DNA from: Candidatus Uhrbacteria bacterium
GTDB taxonomy: Bacteria > Patescibacteriota > Patescibacteriia > JACRJV01
DNA: 64,000 bases
NCBI GenBank assembly: GCA_016215325.1
Contig: JACRJV010000003.1
Location: forward strand, 36,191-100,190
Reading direction: 5' to 3'
Part shown: positions 1 to 7,864 of the stretch, one piece after another
How positions within the stretch are numbered: position 1 is the stretch's first letter
Layout: each line of letters opens with the position of its first letter
Notes under the pieces: model-generated
The model's database searches: none
What the model was told of the DNA's origin: nothing
The model's input: the letters and a program-made list of their open reading frames with translations, nothing else
Position numbers and translations under genes: made by a program

Positions 1-83
1 TTGAACACGAGAGAACCAAAAAAAGTGTTCAAAAATAAAAATGGGAGAATCCATACGGCCTCTGCCAATGCAAAACGACCCAT
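1..83 (-). CDS. 5' part of a hydrophobic (membrane?) protein running off the left window edge
   Basis: ATG at 83, immediately after the SDR stop; open frame MGRFALAEAVWILPFLFLNTFFGSLVF to the edge. Confidence 0.45.
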   Translation of the reverse strand, partial: MGRFALAEAVWILPFLFLNTFFGSLVF

Positions 84-84
84 T

Positions 85-858
85 CTAGATCATGAGTTGC
101 CCGCCATTGATCACTATGTTGATTCCATTGAGATACGAAGTGTCTTCTGAACACAGAAACGCCGCAGCTGCGGCAACGTCGTTTGGTTCTGCGATCCGAT
201 GTAACGGGTTCTGTTGTGAAGAGAGTTCGATCAATTTCGATGGCACTTCTGAAAGTAAATCAGTCTTTACCATGCCCGGAGATATCATATTGACCGTGCA
301 CCGATATCGAGAAAGCTCAACGGACATTATCTTGGCAAATCCCATCAGGGCGTACTTTGCCGTGATGTAAGCCGCAAGGCCCCTGGGCGGCTTGCCGATG
401 CAATATTCGGTAAGAATAATAACAAAACGCGTTGGATTGCCCGCCACAAATTGCGACTGTAACGCCTGTACGATCTGCCAAATGCCCTGGACCTGTACTG
501 CGATATGAGATTCAAAATCTCGCCAAGCCGACTCAAGCAGCGGGGTATGCACGATGGGGAGGGTTGGCCCATACACCACCGCATCCAACTGAGGATGCTC
601 CACGCGAATCAACCTCATTGCTGCCTTAACACCTGATCCATCCAATAAATCTAGCGGGTAGAAAGCGACAGCCTTCCCACGGAGTTCGTCCCGTAGCGCT
701 TCCATTCGATCACTAGCATGTGCATATGTTGCACACACATAAAAACCTTCATCAAGCAGGCGCTTCACGATCGCACTCCCAATACCCCCACTTCCACCAA
801 TAATAAGTGCTGTTTTTTGTGGCACAAAATTACTCCGATACTCTTGCATTAGCCTCAC
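85..858 (-). CDS. SDR oxidoreductase, FabG-like ketoreductase
   Basis: GGSGGIG Rossmann motif, YITAK catalytic motif, VNMISPG and C-terminal INGG. Confidence 0.9.
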   Translation of the reverse strand: MRLMQEYRSNFVPQKTALIIGGSGGIGSAIVKRLLDEGFYVCATYAHASDRMEALRDELRGKAVAFYPLDLLDGSGVKAAMRLIRVEHPQLDAVVYGPTLPIVHTPLLESAWRDFESHIAVQVQGIWQIVQALQSQFVAGNPTRFVIILTEYCIGKPPRGLAAYITAKYALMGFAKIMSVELSRYRCTVNMISPGMVKTDLLSEVPSKLIELSSQQNPLHRIAEPNDVAAAAAFLCSEDTSYLNGINIVINGGQLMI

Positions 859-1252
859 CGTCCACCATCACCTCATCCCCTTTTACTATTTCGGTCTTCA
901 TCGTGATGAGATGGACACTATCATGTTTTGCAATCACGGACCCGCGTACGATCACCGTATCATCGCAAAACATCGGCTTTCGAAATTCCAGGGTTTGACG
1001 CATGTATACCGCATTCCTTCCTGGACAATGCATCCCAATCAATGTTGAAAAAAGACTCGCCGCGAGCATGCCATGGACAATAGTATTACCAAACTGGCTT
1101 TTTGCGCCAAAGAAAGGATCTGTGTGGAGTGGATTGAAATCACCGGTGAACTTTGCAAATTGCATCACCATTTCGTTGGTAATGGTGCGCTCAAATTCAT
1201 ACACTGCACCAACCACAATATCCTCGTATCGCAATTGCGCTGCAGAATGCAT
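830..1252 (-). CDS. MaoC/PhaJ-like hot-dog dehydratase
   Basis: FAKFTGDFNPLH and IVHGML hydratase-2 motifs. Confidence 0.9.
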   Translation of the reverse strand: MHSAAQLRYEDIVVGAVYEFERTITNEMVMQFAKFTGDFNPLHTDPFFGAKSQFGNTIVHGMLAASLFSTLIGMHCPGRNAVYMRQTLEFRKPMFCDDTVIVRGSVIAKHDSVHLITMKTEIVKGDEVMVDGEANARVSE

Positions 1253-1264
1253 AAGCCATGTGAT

Positions 1265-1513
1265 TCAAAGGTCGATCCCATGCTTGCGCAATGATGCTTT
1301 AATATCTCCCACATTTTTTACCGCGACAACCTCATCCATCGTAAAATTAACGTTGAACTGCGTTTCGAGCTCGGAGACGAGCATCAGTCCGTTATAGGAA
1401 TCCCAACGAGGTACGGTATCCGGACTTGTCTGATCTGTAACCTCCTGAGCTGAGATGCCGAGTATTTTTGAAAGAATAGAGTGCAATGTATTTATGTTGT
1501 CGTTTGCGCCCAT
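1265..1513 (-). CDS. Acyl carrier protein
   Basis: 82 aa; WDSY motif carries the phosphopantetheine Ser; LETQFNVNF; start moved to ATG 1513. Confidence 0.88.
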   Translation of the reverse strand: MGANDNINTLHSILSKILGISAQEVTDQTSPDTVPRWDSYNGLMLVSELETQFNVNFTMDEVVAVKNVGDIKASLRKHGIDL

Positions 1514-3240
1514 ACTGTTGGGGTCTCTCCAGTGAGAACAGTAATACAATCAGGATACGGATACGATTGAACCCTCACATCGTACTCCCAACGCTGACCA
1601 CTGTCAACGCTTTCAGTACAGACGAAACCATTCTTTTTGTAAAAATCTTTCGCGGGGGAATTCTTCTTGGTGGGAATAAATTCGCCCACGATGGTTCGTA
1701 CGCCACTCGTCCGCGCCTGCTCTATGATATAGACGAGGAGCGCCTCTTCAATACGCCGACCAATGACACGGCAACTGAGCAGGAAGGTATCAATACGCCA
1801 CGACTTTCGCCCTGTTTCCACAATCGCCGCACCAATCGTCCCATGCTCCCCAAACTTATCACTTGCTTTAATAGAAACAATAAGGTGTGCCCCATCTTGG
1901 CTAAACCGCCGTATTTCGTCTTCGCTATAGCGCCGCGTCGTCATGTTGAATTGATTCGTTTTTTGTGTCAGCTGGGCAATCCGAGGGATTGTCATAGTGG
2001 TTGCCAGTTCAATGACGACCGTTATCTGGAGTCCGAGTAAATATTCCGTTATATCCGTCGCCGAGACCTCGAACGCTTTTCGCTGTCGCTGCTGCACATA
2101 CATTAGCCCCCGCTCCCAATCTTCTTCCGTCAACTGCAGGACGTTAAACACGTCGAGCTCTTGGAGCGTCTTGACATACAATGAGGGGTCGTTGGGGAGG
2201 TCGACCACCATTACTTCTGGTAAATATTCTTTCATCATCGTGCGATTGACCGGGTCATCATCAATAAACACCATACTATCAAGACCAATCCCGATCTCTT
2301 TGGCAAGCGAGCGCATATTCGCGACCTTATCCTCCCAATTGATCCGCATTGCCGCGAAATGTTGTTCCCGAAGTACCATATACGAGTGCTGCGAAAAAAC
2401 TTTTGCAACCTCATCAAAATTATTTTTACTATTCACTGCAAGGATCACGCCACGATGGTACAAGGCGAGTAGTGATTTTTGGAACTCCCAAAATGGGCGA
2501 CCCCCCGGAGTAGGCCCTACGGTAATCCCTTCTATCCCATCTTCGCCAAGGATCCCGCCCCATACCGTGTTGTCAAGATCAAGCACAACACATTTTTTAG
2601 TCTGACGGAGCATTGGTTTTATATAAGCCGTGTAGGCTCGCGCAAGCTCTGGCAGGTGGCGAGTATGAAGTTTGATATCTCCAAGATAATACATCTTAGA
2701 GTCAAGGATATGCCGTTTGCCAATGTTCGCACAAAATGCATCATAATCAAACAAGAACACCCGAAAATCGTCCTTGAACGACTCGCGCAGTTTCGCATTC
2801 AGCAGCTCTATCGATTCCTTAAAGCCAAATGGTTGTTTATGCTCCAGGATCCCCAACGGTGAATACACAGGGACTTCAAAATTATGTAACAACACTGTTG
2901 CAGAAGAATATCGCTTTATCGCTTCCACTAGCGAACTAATTTCTTGTATCTTATTCTCGGCCCATTGCCGCCGATCGCTATCTGACATGACATATGGGTG
3001 AAAATAGTAATCACCGAGAATCGACCGCGTATCAAGAAAAAGAATGACGAGTAGTGGCTCGAAGGCGTATAGACGGCTCTGTGGATCAAGGATTTCTTGT
3101 CCATACTGATTGTAACCACCCAAGTAGGTACGGTACGGAAGTCCACTCTCCTGGCATGCAAGACGGACCGCCTCTTCAACGCCACGGGCAGTAAAGCTCG
3201 AAAGAATCGCGATCGTGAACGCTTGTTCATGTTCGGTCAT
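1492..3240 (-). CDS. FkbH-like HAD-IIIC glyceryl-ACP transferase/phosphatase with N-terminal extension and C-terminal GNAT-like domain
   Basis: VLDLDNTVWGG, SKNN, VFIDD, QKTNQFN, DTFLLSCRV motifs. Confidence 0.92.
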   Translation of the reverse strand: MTEHEQAFTIAILSSFTARGVEEAVRLACQESGLPYRTYLGGYNQYGQEILDPQSRLYAFEPLLVILFLDTRSILGDYYFHPYVMSDSDRRQWAENKIQEISSLVEAIKRYSSATVLLHNFEVPVYSPLGILEHKQPFGFKESIELLNAKLRESFKDDFRVFLFDYDAFCANIGKRHILDSKMYYLGDIKLHTRHLPELARAYTAYIKPMLRQTKKCVVLDLDNTVWGGILGEDGIEGITVGPTPGGRPFWEFQKSLLALYHRGVILAVNSKNNFDEVAKVFSQHSYMVLREQHFAAMRINWEDKVANMRSLAKEIGIGLDSMVFIDDDPVNRTMMKEYLPEVMVVDLPNDPSLYVKTLQELDVFNVLQLTEEDWERGLMYVQQRQRKAFEVSATDITEYLLGLQITVVIELATTMTIPRIAQLTQKTNQFNMTTRRYSEDEIRRFSQDGAHLIVSIKASDKFGEHGTIGAAIVETGRKSWRIDTFLLSCRVIGRRIEEALLVYIIEQARTSGVRTIVGEFIPTKKNSPAKDFYKKNGFVCTESVDSGQRWEYDVRVQSYPYPDCITVLTGETPTVWAQTTT

Positions 3241-3595
3241 ACAGAATCGTTACAAATGCAATCGCATATTCTTTGCTATGCGAAAGACTCACTGAAATCT
3301 GAAGGCTCTTTTGTTTTTTTGGCAATCGCATAAACGGTACCCCCTTCTCGTTGTTGCAAATCTCGATCGTGCAATACCCAACGGCATGGATTCCTATACT
3401 AGCAAGCGCTTTTACAGCGGCCTCTTTCCCACAAAACCGTACGGCTAAATGTTGGGCGGGATCTTTTTTCGAAAAACAATAATTGAGCTCTCGGATCGTA
3501 AAAATCCGTTCCAAAAAATGACGATCGTGCGTCCGACGGAGATGGCGAAACCGCGATATGGCTTCAATGTCAACCCCTATGCCAATACATTCCAT
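3227..3595 (-). CDS. acpS: Holo-ACP synthase (4'-phosphopantetheinyl transferase)
   Basis: GIGVDIE, RFCGKEAAVKAL, VSLSHS; start moved to ATG 3595, downstream of the predicted promoter. Confidence 0.92.
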   Translation of the reverse strand: MECIGIGVDIEAISRFRHLRRTHDRHFLERIFTIRELNYCFSKKDPAQHLAVRFCGKEAAVKALASIGIHAVGYCTIEICNNEKGVPFMRLPKKQKSLQISVSLSHSKEYAIAFVTILYDRT

Positions 3596-3648
3596 GCGAA
3601 TAAATGAGAATCTAGACAGTTTGTTGTAGACACCGATACATAGAGAAT

Positions 3649-3677
3649 ATCGTACCACCCCCTGCTACTCGAGTCAA
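3649..3677 (-). promoter_or_regulatory. sigma70-type promoter for the acpS-fkbH-ACP-maoC-SDR unit
   Basis: TTGACT-17 bp-TACGAT with extended TGn on the minus strand. Confidence 0.6.
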
Positions 3678-3737
3678 AAGCCAACTTGCACTCAATATAC
3701 CGCCCGAACACGCTCTCAAATTTCGATTCGCCATCGC

Positions 3738-3766
3738 TTGACAGTACACACCTCTGCTTTCATACT
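3738..3766 (+). promoter_or_regulatory. sigma70-type promoter for the TylF-like gene
   Basis: TTGACA-17 bp-CATACT. Confidence 0.55.
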
Positions 3767-3822
3767 ATGGAATACACGCGCTAGTCCGTTCCCGACCAGA
3801 CACTAGGGGGGTAGCGCCACCC

Positions 3823-4623
3823 GTGAACCATCCAAGAATCTTAATTAATCCATCGACTTTCCCTATGGAAATCCTCGATAGTCGGTATATAAAAAATACT
3901 CCGCAAGAAGAGCTTCAACGGAGAAAAGACTTCTTTACGTTATATAAAGATTGTCCGATACCAGACAATGAAATCCTCTATAACCTCGGGTTGTTTACTA
4001 ACCGGCAGACGCTCTCACGAATCTTATACATGAACGAATTGTACAAAAAAATTATCGAGGTGCATGGCGTTGTTATGGAATTTGGAGTGCGGTGGGGACA
4101 AAATCTTGCGTTGTTCGAATCGTTTCGCGGAATGTATGAGCCATACAACTTCAACCGTACACTCGTCGGGTTCGATACCTGGGAGGGATTCTCCTCGGTA
4201 GACCCAAAAGATGGAACTTCTGACATTGTCGCGACCGGTTCATTTTCTGTCACAAAGGGATATGAAGAATATCTAAACAAAGTTCTGGATTATCATGAAC
4301 ATGAAAGTCCTCTTTCCCATATCAAAAAATATCGTCTCGTCAAAGGGGATGCATCGGTGACGATCGACGAATATTTAAATGAGCACCCGGAGACAATTGT
4401 CGCGCTTGCCTATTTCGACTTTGATATTTATGCGCCGACGAAAAAATGTCTCGCGGCGATACGGGAGCGCCTCACAAAAGGAAGTATTGTTGCTTTTGAC
4501 GAACTGAATTGGCCAGGATTCCCGGGGGAGACGACGGCCCTGAAAGAAGTGTTCGCGCTCAATCGATACCATATTCGGCGCACTCCCTACAATCCCCATT
4601 ATGCGTACATCGTAATCGATTGA
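3823..4623 (+). CDS. TylF/MycF/NovP-like O-methyltransferase family protein
   Basis: VMEFGVRWG, GFDTWEGF, LVKGDA, YFDFDIY, FDE motifs; alternative ATG at 3865. Confidence 0.75.
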   Translation: MNHPRILINPSTFPMEILDSRYIKNTPQEELQRRKDFFTLYKDCPIPDNEILYNLGLFTNRQTLSRILYMNELYKKIIEVHGVVMEFGVRWGQNLALFESFRGMYEPYNFNRTLVGFDTWEGFSSVDPKDGTSDIVATGSFSVTKGYEEYLNKVLDYHEHESPLSHIKKYRLVKGDASVTIDEYLNEHPETIVALAYFDFDIYAPTKKCLAAIRERLTKGSIVAFDELNWPGFPGETTALKEVFALNRYHIRRTPYNPHYAYIVID

Positions 4624-4640
4624 TCACACAACGAGAGATG

Positions 4641-5774
4641 TCAGAAATCATCGAGTGCAGAAAACAAAACGTCGACAGGGATCATGCGTTCCCACGGCGA
4701 ATCCTCCGGGATTTCTAATACCATTCTGGTCTCCTGAACCTCATATCCAAAAAGTGCAGCAGTGAGTACCCTTGAAACGCTCTGTGGGGTTACCCCCCGT
4801 AAAAGGCGTTCGTTAATAATCACCCCACGTTGCGCTAATTGCCGTCTCACGCATTCCATCAGGGGAGAATCATGATCAGTCGGATTAAGAATTTTTAAAA
4901 GATTCCCTCCATAGTGGGGGTGGCGGGTGAACGAAGAATAGGCGTGCCCCCGTAACATTCGAAGAGCAGGGTGTTCCTGTGGGAGACTCAGTCCGCGTAA
5001 TGCCGCCTCGAACACCGGAGAGGATTGTGAAAAAAAGACCGATGGATACCAGAGCTTGTAGTCAGGCAAAAGTGCAGCTTCGATAATTGTCCCAGCGGGT
5101 TCCGCTACGACATATCCAACAGGCAGAGAAGTAAAAGTATCAATACAAAGATATGCATCGAACCGTGCGGTGAATGAAGAATTCTTTATTTTTGACATCC
5201 AAAGTTCTTTTGGCCGTTCGAGGAATACCGAGAAGTATTGATTGATACTTCGATGCATCCGCTCAAGAAACGGGACATCACTATCCTTAATGCATCGAAA
5301 CTGAATTGACGTTGCTTGAGGATGGGGTGGATTAAGAAGACGAATGTTCTTCTCAACAGGGGTCCCCCAGAATCCATGCCGAACAAAGAAATGATCAACT
5401 GCTCGACGAGCAAAAATCAAACAAAAATCCAGTCCTCTGTTGCTCATCTCACTTAAAACAGATTGCGTCATAGAGTGGAAGACGGCCCCGCCCCTACGAT
5501 ACCGAGGTTCAACCACAATGGCTGCTATCCCCCCGACACTAAATTCTTGCCCAAAGACCATGAGGCGACGAGTCACGGTTCTTACTGCGCCGACGAGAGA
5601 ATCTCCTTCTTTGAGTATAAATAAATTTTTTTTATTCAGCGTCGAATCGTAAATGCGTGTCACATCAAAGACTTCCTTCGCGTGAAAATAAGAAGGTCCA
5701 TACGCTTTGTATAGGAGCTCATACGCCTCCTGCTCATCTTTCTTGCTACGCACCACACGCACCAGACCGACCAT
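4641..5774 (-). CDS. GNAT family acyltransferase (Eis-like N-terminal domain)
   Basis: GGIAAIVVEPRYRRGG motif A; FFVRHGF. Confidence 0.7.
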   Translation of the reverse strand: MVGLVRVVRSKKDEQEAYELLYKAYGPSYFHAKEVFDVTRIYDSTLNKKNLFILKEGDSLVGAVRTVTRRLMVFGQEFSVGGIAAIVVEPRYRRGGAVFHSMTQSVLSEMSNRGLDFCLIFARRAVDHFFVRHGFWGTPVEKNIRLLNPPHPQATSIQFRCIKDSDVPFLERMHRSINQYFSVFLERPKELWMSKIKNSSFTARFDAYLCIDTFTSLPVGYVVAEPAGTIIEAALLPDYKLWYPSVFFSQSSPVFEAALRGLSLPQEHPALRMLRGHAYSSFTRHPHYGGNLLKILNPTDHDSPLMECVRRQLAQRGVIINERLLRGVTPQSVSRVLTAALFGYEVQETRMVLEIPEDSPWERMIPVDVLFSALDDF

Positions 5775-5813
5775 AGTATTACAAAGATGTTATTTCAAAC
5801 AACATTTATCCAT

Positions 5814-6827
5814 TTAGTGTGCACGGGATCGAATGATCGCACAGATCCGTCGGACGATCGTCTCCGTCCATTGTGCATGGCAACCAACCGCAAGCGAGAG
5901 ACGATAGTCGGGCTCAACCATATTACGGTTCCAGTCAAAATGCAACAGTGGAACTACAACGCGACAATCCTCCCAAATACTGCGTGACCACTCTTTAAGT
6001 TCGTTTTGACTCCCCTGGATAGGGATTGCGAAGGGGACGATATCTGAATCATCACAATGTGGAACGCGGTGGGGCAACATTTCTTGCGCAATCCACCAAA
6101 GGGTTCTTCGTCGCTGTCCTTCGCAAAGAAGTTCTTTCGTTGTTTGCGGAAGCGATCCCGCAGAACAATCTGGGAAGGGTATAAGTTCTGGAAGATATCC
6201 ATAAACCCCCTCGATATCATAACTCACATCCCCTATACTGTCCTCTTTTTTGTGCTTTCGATGGTATTGCCTGAGAATACGATGCGCTTTTTCGACCCAT
6301 ACACGTTGAACACCCTGATCCTGCCTTGAGGCGGTTGTCCAGGACTTCCATATCGCAGAGTTCCTGCTCACAATACCACCCCCCATCGCACAAGGAAACA
6401 ATTTAGAGAGGCTCACCACAGAAAGATCACCCCAACCCATAAGATACTCCCCTCTATATTGAGAAAAGAGAGTATTCGCCATGTTATTGATAATAATCCA
6501 TTTTTTTTTCTTTGCCAGTGCTTCGATACGATCAATGCGTTGTGGGAATCCAAATTGATGGTACACGAGAATGGCTCTTGTGCGTTTGGATGGGATGCGT
6601 GCCGGAAATGCAGTGCGTGCAAGGGCAGAAAGCACACAGTGCCCTAAAAATGGCGGGACGTAGGTCTCGTCATTCCGCTGGAACCCCAGTGCGCGTAAAC
6701 CAAAAACCATGGCAGCGCGAGCGCAAGAAAATGGATACAGGTCAACTCCCGTAGCGCTACGATATCCAGAAAGAAAAGACTGGAGAGTGCCAAATCCGCG
6801 TTTATATCCCGGATAGAGTGTAATCAT
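5814..6827 (-). CDS. Divergent DegT/DnrJ/EryC1/StrS-like PLP-fold protein
   Basis: SCARAAM, YHQFGFP, SLSKLFP..GG; start moved to ATG 6827. Confidence 0.6.
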   Translation of the reverse strand: MITLYPGYKRGFGTLQSFLSGYRSATGVDLYPFSCARAAMVFGLRALGFQRNDETYVPPFLGHCVLSALARTAFPARIPSKRTRAILVYHQFGFPQRIDRIEALAKKKKWIIINNMANTLFSQYRGEYLMGWGDLSVVSLSKLFPCAMGGGIVSRNSAIWKSWTTASRQDQGVQRVWVEKAHRILRQYHRKHKKEDSIGDVSYDIEGVYGYLPELIPFPDCSAGSLPQTTKELLCEGQRRRTLWWIAQEMLPHRVPHCDDSDIVPFAIPIQGSQNELKEWSRSIWEDCRVVVPLLHFDWNRNMVEPDYRLSLAVGCHAQWTETIVRRICAIIRSRAH

Positions 6828-6834
6828 ACATCCA

Positions 6835-7848
6835 CTATGCAAGTAGTTTCTCCCCAGCGAAGACGATAACAATCTTCCCTCCAAAACCTAATTTGAAAAA
6901 CTCGATGTTCCGCTCCTTATCGCTTCCCCCGTTCACCAATCCAAACTCAAAGTAGGAGCATCCTCGCCGTCGTGCCTCTTGAATTCCCGTCCAAAGACCA
7001 AGATGCCCAATACCGGAGCGAGAAGGATAGTCCGGATGCGTCGCCGCTGAGGCATAAAAGGCATGCTTGTTAAAATAATAAAACAGATATGCCCCGACGG
7101 TCTTTCCGGCATCTCGTACCAACACGAGATACGCCTGGCCGTGCTCAATCATCCGATACATGACATAAAAAGTCTCTTTTGGACGCGTCTCTCTCCCTGC
7201 GGCTAACGCATGGAGTATGTGATATTCTTCACATTGATCAATGGTATAATTTGTTGCGTCTATCACAACGGTCTCATACGTCCGTTGAGCTCGGTTGATG
7301 AGAGGCTTATACGATGAGCGCATATGCGCCCATATTCTCTGTTCTTCCCCGTCACATCGAAGCACGAGACCGTGAAGCGTCTTCGGACGATACCCAAACT
7401 CTTCAAGATTATTGTAAAAAAGATTGCCCTGCATTATTGTAGAGCAATCCATCAGAATACGGTGATGCTGTGCGCTGTGCGCTCGCGCAAGTACTGCGAT
7501 CCGATCAAATACTACTTGCCGCACCAAACGTCCCCGTTTCGTCTCCGGTTCATCTACAAAAACCGGGGCACGTAAATGCCAACTCTCTAAAAAGCTGTAA
7601 CTTCGAATCTCTTCCTCAGCAGTCAACCAAAGTGGGACAATCGCAACGGCATCCTTTTCGGCAACATCGACCACAACAAACGAGTCTTCTCTCAAAAGAC
7701 GTGCTCCAAGCACAAGCCGTTCGTATGCCCTCACCAAAGGGGTATAGAATGGCGATACACTTGAACGCTCCAATACTTCATTCCAATATGCTTCAAATTT
7801 CGTGTCAGAAGAATCGATACAGTTTAACATATCTGCCCGTGCACGCAC
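6835..7848 (-). CDS. FemAB-like tandem GNAT protein
   Basis: MRSSYKPLINRA, GCSYFEFG and FFKLGFGG are typical FemAB/BioF2-like GNAT motifs. Confidence 0.75.
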   Translation of the reverse strand: MRARADMLNCIDSSDTKFEAYWNEVLERSSVSPFYTPLVRAYERLVLGARLLREDSFVVVDVAEKDAVAIVPLWLTAEEEIRSYSFLESWHLRAPVFVDEPETKRGRLVRQVVFDRIAVLARAHSAQHHRILMDCSTIMQGNLFYNNLEEFGYRPKTLHGLVLRCDGEEQRIWAHMRSSYKPLINRAQRTYETVVIDATNYTIDQCEEYHILHALAAGRETRPKETFYVMYRMIEHGQAYLVLVRDAGKTVGAYLFYYFNKHAFYASAATHPDYPSRSGIGHLGLWTGIQEARRRGCSYFEFGLVNGGSDKERNIEFFKLGFGGKIVIVFAGEKLLA

Positions 7849-7864
7849 CGTAGTATCTTACTGA

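Noticed and set aside
3803-3817. ops/JUMPStart-like AGGGGGGTAGCG
   Set aside because: Lacks the conserved C of GGCGGTAG and precedes a single gene, not the long operon
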